Positions 10,070 to 18,747 of a DNA stretch of 64,000 nucleotides are shown one piece after another; the first letter of the stretch is position 1; every line of letters begins with the position of its first letter. Under the pieces are notes generated by a model. That model was not told where the DNA came from. It saw only the letters and a list, made by a program, of their open reading frames with translations, and searched no databases. Location of the stretch: NCBI GenBank assembly GCA_035655435.1, contig DASRUN010000023.1:29437-93436 (forward strand), in the 5' to 3' direction. Origin of the DNA: an archaeon (GTDB lineage Archaea > Iainarchaeota > Iainarchaeia > Iainarchaeales > Iainarchaeaceae). Made by a program: the position numbers and the translations under genes.

Positions 10070-10819
10070 TTATTTTTTCTTGGCGTCTTTTTTATCGTCT
10101 TTCTTTTCAGCTGCTTTTACCGGTTCTTTTCCTTTTGCACCGGCTTTTGCATCTTCTTTCTTGTCGCCTTTCTTTGCTTCAGGAGCTGCTGCTGCTTCAG
10201 GAGTTGCCGCTGCTTCCGCGGCGGCTTTTTCCTCTTCCTCTGTTCTCATGTCTCTTGTTTTTGTCGGCTTTGTTCCGATGCTTTCAACATCGTGATGAAC
10301 TTTAACCAAAATATCACAAGCCAATCTTGAGTTTGACAACAGCATTGCTTTTGTCGCTTTTTTAATGTCCTTTTCCATGATAAGTACTGAAAGTATAATT
10401 TGTCCGTCTCTTACTCTTGCGGCTCTTCCTACCGCTTTTCCAAAACAATGACTCATTCCTTTTGAAACACGATCCGCTCCGGCTCCCTGTGCTTGTTTGT
10501 TTTCGCGGAGTATATGATGCGGGTAAATTCTGACTTTGATGAAAAACTCGTCTTTGCCTACATCCTTGATTAATCTTCTGTTAACAATTAGTCTTGCGCT
10601 TTCAATTGCATTATCTCTTATTTGCATTCCTAGCGGTCCGCATTGTACGCAAAGGTCAAGAACGGTATCAAATTCTTTTAATCCGTTTCCCATGTTCCAT
10701 TGTCTTGTTTTTAATCCGGGAACTGCGCCAATATAATCGCGATTCTGCACTCTGATTGCGTGCCTTGTATATGGCCTATCTTTTGTGCTGCTATAACAGC
10801 GTCCAGGTCTCAAACCCAT
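10070..10819 (-). CDS. rpl10e: 50S ribosomal protein L10e (uL16) with Ala/Lys/Glu-rich C-terminal tail
   Basis: LRPGRCY, YPHHILRENK, GAGADRVSKGM, FGKAVGRAARV. Confidence 0.95.
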   Translation of the reverse strand: MGLRPGRCYSSTKDRPYTRHAIRVQNRDYIGAVPGLKTRQWNMGNGLKEFDTVLDLCVQCGPLGMQIRDNAIESARLIVNRRLIKDVGKDEFFIKVRIYPHHILRENKQAQGAGADRVSKGMSHCFGKAVGRAARVRDGQIILSVLIMEKDIKKATKAMLLSNSRLACDILVKVHHDVESIGTKPTKTRDMRTEEEEKAAAEAAATPEAAAAPEAKKGDKKEDAKAGAKGKEPVKAAEKKDDKKDAKKK

Positions 10820-10904
10820 GTAAAATCCCTTAAAAAGTGAAAAAACAGTTAGAAACCGGCTTTTCTTTATTATAATCTCATTTAGAATCTTTTAAAAAGC
10901 TTTG

Positions 10905-10986
10905 TTCCGGCGGAGACGTCCGGGCGAGACCTCTGTCTTCTCTTCGGGATGGACAGATCGTGTTTCGCTTCGGAGGGGGTTAGCCC
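10905..10986 (+). ncRNA. Candidate structured small RNA, family unassigned
   Basis: GC-rich intergenic island forming a long stem capped by cUUCGg; G-U pairs favour the + strand. Confidence 0.35.
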
Positions 10987-10987
10987 A

Positions 10988-11647
10988 TTATTCGTGCGGA
11001 TCCTGGCCAACCGCAATTTGCGCTAATCTGTTGAAAATTCCATATAATTTCGGTCTCTCGTATTTTGCAGAGAAACTTTCCATGAATTTTCTTGCCGCTC
11101 TGTTGGAATGATAATTTATTGCCTGTTCAGGATTTTTGAATTTTTGGAACATTGGGTGTTGTGCAAAGCTTGGATCTTTTTCAAGGATGTCTTTGAACCA
11201 TTCTCTGAAATAAAATTCAATATCTCTTGATCCACGAATTTGTCCATGTTCTATTCCTTCCAACACAATCATGTAAATTCCCGAGAGTTCTCTATCCTGA
11301 TTCCCGCGGAGATTATCATCGCAGAGTTTTTTTAGTTCATTTATTTCCAATTTTATATTTTCTCTTGTTCTGATTTTAAGTTCTGTTTCCGCGTGGTTAA
11401 CTGGATTTGGAGATTTTTGTCTTACTCCCTCACTGCTTCCATAAGATCTAATTCTCTGCATTGCCTGTTGCATTCTGCTTCCGAGTCCCGGGCGATTTTG
11501 ATTTCCGGAAAATCTGTTTCTTTGTTGAAATACGTTAGCTGGAGGTCTTTGTTGTTGGTGTGTTTGCATTCTTGGTTTAGCACTTCCCGGAAAATGAAAA
11601 CCCCCAAACAATCCGGGTTTCCTGGGCATTGGTCTTCTTTGTTGCAT
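10988..11647 (-). CDS. Orphan protein with Q/R/P-rich disordered N-terminus
   Basis: 219-aa ORF; TTTAAA box upstream. Confidence 0.6.
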   Translation of the reverse strand: MQQRRPMPRKPGLFGGFHFPGSAKPRMQTHQQQRPPANVFQQRNRFSGNQNRPGLGSRMQQAMQRIRSYGSSEGVRQKSPNPVNHAETELKIRTRENIKLEINELKKLCDDNLRGNQDRELSGIYMIVLEGIEHGQIRGSRDIEFYFREWFKDILEKDPSFAQHPMFQKFKNPEQAINYHSNRAARKFMESFSAKYERPKLYGIFNRLAQIAVGQDPHE

Positions 11648-11745
11648 GCATTAATTACGCTCTTTTTGTTTAAAACATTAGCTTTATATATGGCTTTTGC
11701 GTTCGTTATGTTGAAAATTTTTATTTTTCCGAGGTGAAAAACGCT

Positions 11746-11874
11746 ATGGGACTTGATTTGAAAAGTATAGGCAAAACATTGGAGAAGCTCGGTTTGAAGC
11801 TCGAAAAACAGGCTAAAGTGACAAAAAGCCCGTCCAAACCGGCAAGAAAGAAAGCCAAGAAAAAAAGAAAATAA
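11746..11874 (+). CDS. Small Lys-rich protein (42 aa)
   Basis: SD GAGGTGA at 11731; MGLDLKSIGKTLEKLGLKLEKQAKVTKSPSKPARKKAKKKRK. Confidence 0.55.
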   Translation: MGLDLKSIGKTLEKLGLKLEKQAKVTKSPSKPARKKAKKKRK

Positions 11875-11900
11875 ATATTTGGCATTTGCATAATTACTCT

Positions 11901-11929
11901 TTTTTAGTGCCGTTTTTCGGCACTAAAAA
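11901..11929. terminator. Perfect 12-bp hairpin between convergent genes, putative terminator
   Basis: TTTTTAGTGCCG-TTTTT-CGGCACTAAAAA. Confidence 0.45.
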
Positions 11930-12022
11930 CTATTTTTATTTTTATAATTCGGTTTTTTGGTTGTTGAAGCTCCGGTTAAACTTTTACCGGCGCGACGAAT
12001 GCATGGAAAACTTTGTGTGAGT

Positions 12023-14758
12023 TCAGTTATATTCGCTTGTTGTTATCGTGCCGGTTGCAGAAACAGTTGTCGGATCTCCAAGATGGAGTAGGATTCCGTT
12101 GATCCAATTGTTCTTATTGTATGCCGTGATGCAGCCCGGATTTGAGGATTCCCAATCAGGCGTTGACCAATCATAGCCATAATGGTATTGTGGATATGCA
12201 TTGTAACCAATTGCAACGGAGGATGAAATGCATATCTTGACAGTTTTCGACGGGGGAATGTCAAGTATTTTATAGCCGTACTCGCCCCCTGTTCCAGATG
12301 TGTCAAAAGTTTTGGAATCTCCCTGCCAGTTCATTGCACTTATGTTGGAACCAAGTGTTTGTTCATGCGAAGTGTACTCGGGTTTCTGGTCGGTTGGCGT
12401 GTAGGTACAGCTCTGTGATTCATTTTTTGTTGTGGCCGGCTTATTTGTTGTGGTTCCGCAGTTACTTGCATCAGTGCATGTGCGGGTGTCGGTTCTTGTT
12501 TGGGTTGCGCTTTCCTGGCACGATCCAAAGCTTCCCGTAATCCAGTCTCCGCAGCTCCAGTTTTCTGTGCAGGAAGGTGTGGATTCGCATGTCTGGGTTA
12601 TTGCAGGTTTGCTTGTTGTTGTGTCGCAATTAGCAGAATCTGTGCATGTTCTTGTCTGCTGCCCGTTAGAACAGCTTCCCCAGTTTCCGCAGCTCCAGCT
12701 TTCAGTGCATGCAGGCGTCGCGGTTACCAAAACTTCAAATTCTTTGCTGAGACCCGTTGCATCGGTTATGATCAAAGTCAGTGTAATTCCAATGTCGGTT
12801 TTGAGCGTGTTATTCCACGTATCTTTTGGAAGTGTTATTGTACATCCGGTGGTCAGACATGCAGGGTCCTTTGCGACAAGCTGCGCTGTTAATGCTGTGT
12901 TATCTTTTATAGTTACAGATATAGGGAAGGAGACATCTCTTTCCAGCTTGATTTTGATTGCATTATTCCTGTCAACTACCAGAGTTGCCGAGGGGTTTCC
13001 ATCGACAAACACTGTTACAGTAGCAGGGAGATTTGGTGTGCAGTTTCTTGTTTTCGCTTCGCTGGTGTTGCACGAACTCTCGGAATCGCAAGTTCTCTCT
13101 CTTGTCGCTGTCTGCATTCCTCCGCCTTTCCCGTCACCCGAGCAAAAAGCCCATTTCCATTCCCCCCACTTTGCGCATTGATTGTCGCATGTGGCATTTG
13201 CATTTTCCTGCGGTGCGATGTCATTTTCTACTCTGGGAGTTGTGTTGTTCACAGAAACGAGAATCTTAAATCCTGTTTCAACATTATTTGTATTTATCGA
13301 AATTATTGCACTGGGCGAGGGAGGTGCATTGAGTGTATCATAGCCATCTTGTCCGAACAATGGCGAAATATCAAACGGATCCGGCAATGGGCCGAATAAA
13401 TCCCCATAACGGATAGCATCATCCGCGTTGAAAGTATAAGCGCCGGCGTTCGGCGAGAACCTGTCCGGCGCGAGGTTTACAATGTCCCGCGCCCCATCAG
13501 AGATAAAAACATCAGGAACAGAAATAGGTTCCGCCTGCTGGCCGCAGTCAAGCCTCAAATCCCTTATCAATAATTCAAGGCCGTAATCATTGTACCCGGA
13601 ATATTTTTCGTTCCGCTGGTTTTCCGGTTTCTTCCTTTCATTTTCAACTTCTTCTATTTTTTCCGCGCACGCTTTTTGCACCGCATCCATATCCTCATCA
13701 TCAAGATTCATGTAATCAAAAGGGTTCTGGCGCAGCTCAAATGACACGATGCTCTCGTCCAATTCCTGTACGCATTCCACGAACACCTTGGCATAATCTT
13801 CCCGCGCACTTTTCCTCTCATCATCGTTTGTCGCGGCATCGATTTTCTTCTTTGCCTCAGCAAGCCGTATTTCGCAAATCGACTTGAAAGTGCCGGCGTA
13901 TATTTGAGCTAGCCCGTCGCTCTCATACCCGCCGCTAAAAGCATTGGCCCAATCTGCAAACTCTGAAGAATTGTCAACGAGCTCCGACAGAGCTAATTTG
14001 GTGCACTTTAGTATTTCATCCTGCATCTCCCTATACAATTCTATTTTCTTTGCATTGTCAGTTTCATTTGCTATCTTCTCCTTCAGCCTGTTTATTTTGC
14101 CCTCGCACAATTCGCGGAATGCAGTTGACGCGTTGAGGCTGATCTCATCATCATTCTCCCCAAGCATGCCTATTCGTGTTATGAAAATTGTATCATCAAC
14201 AAGGTCGCTTAACGCAGTTTGCAGGCATTTGAAATAAATTTCAGTTGCCTTCTCATAAAGCGCATCTTTCCTTTCGGGATTTTTTTCCAATCGTGCGGAA
14301 TCTAGGTAGTATTTGACAAGAGCCTTGCAGTTAGTGTAAACTGCGGTACTAAAAGTTTCGCCTGCTATTCTGCCGAAAGAATATTCGCCGCGGTTTATGG
14401 CTCCGTAAATGTCCGTTCCGGTGCGGCTATATGCCTCATTGTATTCCGCCTCGGTTATCTTTCCGTCCCTATAGAAATCATCCGTATAAGCAAGGACAAG
14501 TTGGAGGCACTTGATCATTGAATCTATCATTTCACCATTTCTTTCATCCAGTTTCATGTCCCCAGTTGGATTTTTCAGTTCCTCTTCTGTATAAGAGCCG
14601 TTCTGGTTGCGCAATGAATCCTCAATCGCCTTACACTCAATTATATGGGTTCGGTACTCGTCAACACTCATTGGCGGTACAGATGAACCATTATCCCCCT
14701 CAGCATATGCGAACTGCAAGAGGAACAATACAACTGCAAGGATTATGATGCGTTTCAT
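12023..14758 (-). CDS. Large secreted Cys-rich surface protein with thrombospondin-type-1-like repeats
   Basis: Signal peptide; repeats CTESWSCGNWGSC..QTRTCTD, CTENWSCGDW..TRTCTD and CAKWGEW..RERTC. Confidence 0.75.
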   Translation of the reverse strand: MKRIIILAVVLFLLQFAYAEGDNGSSVPPMSVDEYRTHIIECKAIEDSLRNQNGSYTEEELKNPTGDMKLDERNGEMIDSMIKCLQLVLAYTDDFYRDGKITEAEYNEAYSRTGTDIYGAINRGEYSFGRIAGETFSTAVYTNCKALVKYYLDSARLEKNPERKDALYEKATEIYFKCLQTALSDLVDDTIFITRIGMLGENDDEISLNASTAFRELCEGKINRLKEKIANETDNAKKIELYREMQDEILKCTKLALSELVDNSSEFADWANAFSGGYESDGLAQIYAGTFKSICEIRLAEAKKKIDAATNDDERKSAREDYAKVFVECVQELDESIVSFELRQNPFDYMNLDDEDMDAVQKACAEKIEEVENERKKPENQRNEKYSGYNDYGLELLIRDLRLDCGQQAEPISVPDVFISDGARDIVNLAPDRFSPNAGAYTFNADDAIRYGDLFGPLPDPFDISPLFGQDGYDTLNAPPSPSAIISINTNNVETGFKILVSVNNTTPRVENDIAPQENANATCDNQCAKWGEWKWAFCSGDGKGGGMQTATRERTCDSESSCNTSEAKTRNCTPNLPATVTVFVDGNPSATLVVDRNNAIKIKLERDVSFPISVTIKDNTALTAQLVAKDPACLTTGCTITLPKDTWNNTLKTDIGITLTLIITDATGLSKEFEVLVTATPACTESWSCGNWGSCSNGQQTRTCTDSANCDTTTSKPAITQTCESTPSCTENWSCGDWITGSFGSCQESATQTRTDTRTCTDASNCGTTTNKPATTKNESQSCTYTPTDQKPEYTSHEQTLGSNISAMNWQGDSKTFDTSGTGGEYGYKILDIPPSKTVKICISSSVAIGYNAYPQYHYGYDWSTPDWESSNPGCITAYNKNNWINGILLHLGDPTTVSATGTITTSEYN

Positions 14759-15261
14759 TGTAGCCAGCTCACTTTTTCCTTAAACTCCGCGTTATTCATG
14801 TCGCCCTGCAAAAGTGCGAGTATATCATTTTGGTAGGCGCTGACCTCAATCATTTTGTTGTCGGAAAGAAAAATCAGCACAGTTGTTTTTACCTTGCGCG
14901 GTTCGAAATTCGCTGAAAGCCCGAAGGCCCTGTAAACGAGAGCCTCATTATTCAGGGTTGTGTCCTCTTTGAATCCAATGACAACTTCATTTGACTGAAC
15001 ATCAACAACCGCTTCTTTGAGCCCCGTCTGTCTCATCCCAATGTAAATCTTTGTGGCGCTCTCGCTTGCCATTGGATTTTCCGGTTGCCGGTTTCTTGCC
15101 GCCGGTTGATCGGGCTGAACAGTATTCTGAGCCCCTGCATACCGGTTTGCATCTCCCAGACTCTCCGAAGTTTGTTCCGGTGGTGATTGGGAGCAGCCGC
15201 TTAAAATGAGCGCAAGAACCAGTGCTATTGCAATCGCGTGCCTATCAAAAAACACAATCAT
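14755..15261 (-). CDS. Putative lipoprotein
   Basis: Lipobox LSGC after a hydrophobic leader; stop overlaps the start of the 911-aa gene. Confidence 0.7.
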   Translation of the reverse strand: MIVFFDRHAIAIALVLALILSGCSQSPPEQTSESLGDANRYAGAQNTVQPDQPAARNRQPENPMASESATKIYIGMRQTGLKEAVVDVQSNEVVIGFKEDTTLNNEALVYRAFGLSANFEPRKVKTTVLIFLSDNKMIEVSAYQNDILALLQGDMNNAEFKEKVSWLQ

Positions 15262-15313
15262 GCTTAAGTGTTTCCTGATATTAATACTTTTCTTGCCGCA
15301 TTTTTCTGAAGAA

Positions 15314-15326
15314 AAGCTGAGGATGG
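15314..15326 (-). repeat. 13-bp copy of the tRNA-Cys 3' end (att-like)
   Basis: AAGCTGAGGATGG occurs at both 15314 and 15407. Confidence 0.55.
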
Positions 15327-15334
15327 AGACTCAA

Positions 15335-15385
15335 CCTTTTCTTTTCTCGGAAGAAAAGAAAAGCTTGGCTAAAAGAAAAGAGCCT
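15335..15385. repeat. Imperfect palindromic repeat, copy 1 (copy 2 at 15557-15604)
   Basis: CCTTTTCTTTT..CG..GAAAAGAAAAGCT.G.C.AAAAGAAAA.GCCT occurs on both sides of tRNA-Cys. Confidence 0.6.
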
Positions 15386-15407
15386 TGGCTCCGCAATATT
15401 TATTTTA

Positions 15408-15554
15408 AGCTGAGGATGGGAGTTGAACCCACCTAGATCGCTCACTGCAACAGCTTAGGATTGAGGAATATCTCGCTGCAAGCGGGATACCCGTCGCTCC
15501 CAACAGCCGAAACTGTTGCTGCAGGCGATTACATAACCGCTCTGACACCTCAGC
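15408..15554 (-). tRNA. tRNA-Cys(GCA) with a 76-nt intron at the canonical 37/38 position (15443-15518)
   Basis: Acceptor GCTGAGG/CCTCAGC with U73; anticodon arm ATCGC-CTGCAG^A-GCGAT; T arm GTGGG-TTCAACT-CCCAT. Confidence 0.9.
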
Positions 15555-15556
15555 GA

Positions 15557-15604
15557 CCTTTTCTTTTTCGTGAAAAAGAAAAGCTCGACCAAAAGAAAAA
15601 GCCT
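15557..15604. repeat. Imperfect palindromic repeat, copy 2
   Basis: CCTTTTCTTTTTCGTGAAAAAGAAAAGCTCGACCAAAAGAAAAAGCCT. Confidence 0.6.
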
Positions 15605-15717
15605 AACCTTTCTGCGGAAAAAGAAAAGATACCCTGAAGGTTTTGAGCTGAATTAACGTTAAAAAGCTTGCCAAACTCGGCGTTAGCGTTAATATCCTTT
15701 ATATCCAATTTATTGTT

Positions 15718-16230
15718 ATGCCTCCAAATTTTTACGCCGTAGCCGTTGTTACAATGGACGGGAAAATCGCAAAGAATTCCGCTCATTTCAGCGATTGGTC
15801 CAGCAAAGAAGACAAAGATTTTTTGCATAAAAAAATGAATGATTCAGATGTAATTCTGGTCGGCAACAACACTTACAAAATTGCAAAAAAACCGCTTTCA
15901 AAAAGAAACTGCATTGTTTTCACATCCTCTGTTCCAAAAACAAAAAAAGCAAAGGAAAATCTTCTGTACTGCAATCCAAAAAAAATCGATTTCAAAAAAT
16001 TGATTTTGGATTTGGGTTATAAAAAAATTTGTGTTCTCGGGGGCGCAAAAACCTATGGGTATTTTTTGGAAAAAAATCTTTTGAATGAAATTTTTCTCAC
16101 AATTGAGCCCATTGTTTTCGGCTCCGGAATAAGCCTTTTTGATTTTGATGCAGGAATAAAAAAATTCAAGTTGGTTTCAGTAAAAAAGCTGAATAAGAAA
16201 GGAGCCGTTCTTCTCCATTACAAAAAGTGA
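15718..16230 (+). CDS. Dihydrofolate reductase / RibD C-terminal family protein
   Basis: TMDGKIA, DWSSKED, LVGNNTY, VLGGAKTY, IEPIVFGSG. Confidence 0.85.
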   Translation: MPPNFYAVAVVTMDGKIAKNSAHFSDWSSKEDKDFLHKKMNDSDVILVGNNTYKIAKKPLSKRNCIVFTSSVPKTKKAKENLLYCNPKKIDFKKLILDLGYKKICVLGGAKTYGYFLEKNLLNEIFLTIEPIVFGSGISLFDFDAGIKKFKLVSVKKLNKKGAVLLHYKK

Positions 16231-16236
16231 TTTTTC

Positions 16237-16881
16237 ATGATGAAAGCTGTTATCTTTGACATGGACGGGGTTATTGTTGATACAATGAATATGCATTGGA
16301 GTGCCTCTTCGGAAATTTTTTCAAGAGAAGGTTTGAGCGTTCCGAAAAAAGAAATGAAGAAGTTTGATACTATGCGGACCAATGACGCATTTAAACTTTT
16401 TTTCCCGGCAAAAAGTGATAAGGAAATAGATCGTCTTGTTTCGGAAAAATATTCTCTTTTGGAAAAAAAGGTTTCGGGAATTAAACCTATTCCCGGTTTT
16501 TTGGAATTTTTCTTTAAGATAAAGGGCAAGTATCCAATTGCACTTGTGTCCAGCTCCAGAACTGGATTTATTGAATTTATTCTGAATGAAATTGGGGAAA
16601 GAAATTCATTCAATGCAATTTTTGGTGCGGAAAGCGTTTCAAAAGGAAAACCGGATCCTGAGGGCTATCTCAAGGCAGCAAAATCTCTTGGTTTCAAACC
16701 TGCAGAATGCCTTGTTATAGAAGATTCCATTTTCGGCATAAAATCCGCAAAAAAAGCCGGTTGCAAATGCATTGCCGTTACAAATACATACGACAGGAAT
16801 TTTCTCTTGGATGCAGATTTGATAGTGGATTCGTTGAAAGAGCTTTCAATTAAAAAAGTCGAGGCGCTGTTCAATGCTTGA
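16237..16881 (+). CDS. HAD-superfamily phosphatase (beta-PGM-like)
   Basis: FDMDGVIVDT, KPDPEGY, IEDS. Confidence 0.9.
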   Translation: MMKAVIFDMDGVIVDTMNMHWSASSEIFSREGLSVPKKEMKKFDTMRTNDAFKLFFPAKSDKEIDRLVSEKYSLLEKKVSGIKPIPGFLEFFFKIKGKYPIALVSSSRTGFIEFILNEIGERNSFNAIFGAESVSKGKPDPEGYLKAAKSLGFKPAECLVIEDSIFGIKSAKKAGCKCIAVTNTYDRNFLLDADLIVDSLKELSIKKVEALFNA

Positions 16882-17527
16882 ATCTGTTGTTTTTGATTTC
16901 GACGGTGTTCTGGTAAATTCTCCGGAATTTTATATTAAATACACAAAAAAATATTTGGCAAATCTCGGAATTCCTCTCACAAAAAAAGATGTTTCCGCAA
17001 TTGTAGGCCATCCGTATTCTTACAAGCTTGATTATCTCAACAAAACCTATTCTTTGAAAATCACAAAAAACGATTTTTTGAATGCTGTTGAACAGGAGAT
17101 GAAACTGGATATGGATAAAAAAATGAAAAACCCTCCAAATCTCCACAACCTGCTTTCCGAGCTGAAGGAAAATAAAGTTCAATTGAATGTGGCTTCAAGC
17201 AACATTGAAAAGAATGTGGTTTTTTATTTGAAAAAATTCGATGTTGACCATTATTTTTCGAATATTGTGACTCTTGATTCAGGTTTTAAGCCAAAACCGG
17301 CTCCGGATGTTTATCTTGAAACTCTTAGAAGATCGAATAAAAAAGCAATTAATTGTGTTGCTGTTGAGGACACGGAAATAGGGGTTATTTCAGCCAGAAA
17401 AGCTGGTTTGAGGGTTATAGCGGTTCCGAATAAATTGACTTCGTCCCAAAATTTTTCTGACGCCGATTTGGTGCTCAAAGATTTTCGTAATTTGAATTTA
17501 AGTGTTTTCAAGAGCGTGGTTTTGTGA
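16874..17527 (+). CDS. HAD-superfamily phosphatase, tandem paralog
   Basis: FDFDGVLVNS, KPAPDVY, VEDT. Confidence 0.9.
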   Translation: MLESVVFDFDGVLVNSPEFYIKYTKKYLANLGIPLTKKDVSAIVGHPYSYKLDYLNKTYSLKITKNDFLNAVEQEMKLDMDKKMKNPPNLHNLLSELKENKVQLNVASSNIEKNVVFYLKKFDVDHYFSNIVTLDSGFKPKPAPDVYLETLRRSNKKAINCVAVEDTEIGVISARKAGLRVIAVPNKLTSSQNFSDADLVLKDFRNLNLSVFKSVVL

Positions 17528-18747
17528 AGGTTGGTATTTTTTCCGACACCCATTTGGGTTTTGATAAGAAAGGGGAAAGAAATAGCGAATCTTTTGATAA
17601 TCTTTCCCAGGCGATTCAGCTCTGTCTTGATGCACAAGTTGATGTTATTCTTCTCCCCGGAGATGTTTTTGATGAACCCGTTCCAAGCCATTCTTCCCTG
17701 TTCAATGCAATCAAATGTTTTTCCCTTGCAAAGAAAGGCTCTTCAAGCGTAAATCTTGTTCTTGAAAAAAACAATGAATCAAAAGCTTTGGAGTATTTCG
17801 GAATTCCGATTCTAACAATACATGGGAACCATGAGTATCGCGGGAAAGAATTCAGAACTGCGTTGGATGTTTTGGATCTCGCGGGTTCGCTTGTTTATTT
17901 TCACGCGGGAAAAATTGTTGTTGAAAAGGAAAATGAAAAAGTTTGTGTTTTTGGTTTGGGTGCGGTTCCGGAAAAGCGTGCTCTTGAGGTTTTGCAGCAT
18001 TGGAATCCTGTCGCAGAAAAAAATGCGTGCAATATTATAATCACGCACCAGGGTTTCAAGGATTTTATGGCAATTGATGATGAAATGATTGCGTCTCTTT
18101 CGCTTGAGGATCTTCCGAAAGGGTTTAATCTTATTGTAAATGGCCACCTTCACTGGAGCAATAAACAGCAGCTCGGAGAAACAATTTTTCTTCTCGCAGG
18201 TTCTACGATTTCCACTTCGATAAAAAAATTGGAATCCGAAAAACAAAAAGGAGTTCATTTTTATGATACAAAAACAAGTGTTCTTTCATTCAAACCATTT
18301 CCAATGCAGAGGAAAATGTTTTACCATAAAATAGTTTTTGATCATGCTGATGCGGAGCAGGTTCTTGCAAAATGTAATGAATTATTGAATTCTGATTTGA
18401 AGGAAAAGCATGAGCTAAAACCATTAATCAGGTTGAATCTTAAAGGCACATTGAAAACCGGTCTTTCCTCTTCCGATGTGGATTTGAATGCTTTTTGTGA
18501 AAAAGCTTCCGAGAAAGCAATTCTTTCGCTTTCAAAGAATTTTTTGAATGTTTCTTTCAAAAAAAGGATTTCTGATCTTCGCGAGGCGCAAAAATCAAGG
18601 CTTTCAGTTGCTTCAATGGGTTTTGAATTATTGGAAAAAAACCTCAAAGAAACAGATTTTGGGGATGGAATTTCCGCAAAAACTCTTTTCGATCTCCTTT
18701 CCGAGGATGAACTTGATAAAGCATTGGATGTTGTTACAAAGGGCTAA
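17524..18747 (+). CDS. mre11: Mre11/SbcD-like DNA repair nuclease
   Basis: SDTHLG, GDVFD, HGNHE, THQ and GHLH metallophosphoesterase motifs. Confidence 0.85.
   Translation: MKVGIFSDTHLGFDKKGERNSESFDNLSQAIQLCLDAQVDVILLPGDVFDEPVPSHSSLFNAIKCFSLAKKGSSSVNLVLEKNNESKALEYFGIPILTIHGNHEYRGKEFRTALDVLDLAGSLVYFHAGKIVVEKENEKVCVFGLGAVPEKRALEVLQHWNPVAEKNACNIIITHQGFKDFMAIDDEMIASLSLEDLPKGFNLIVNGHLHWSNKQQLGETIFLLAGSTISTSIKKLESEKQKGVHFYDTKTSVLSFKPFPMQRKMFYHKIVFDHADAEQVLAKCNELLNSDLKEKHELKPLIRLNLKGTLKTGLSSSDVDLNAFCEKASEKAILSLSKNFLNVSFKKRISDLREAQKSRLSVASMGFELLEKNLKETDFGDGISAKTLFDLLSEDELDKALDVVTKG

Noticed and set aside
10930..10970. 5S rRNA-like CCATCCCGAA on the minus strand
   Set aside because: Too short, and the other 5S helices and conserved motifs are absent.
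12432..13181. Long antisense ORFs (this one, 23739-24500, 25679-26449, 34433-35224, 55204-55926)
   Set aside because: They are shadows of well-supported genes on the opposite strand and carry no motifs.
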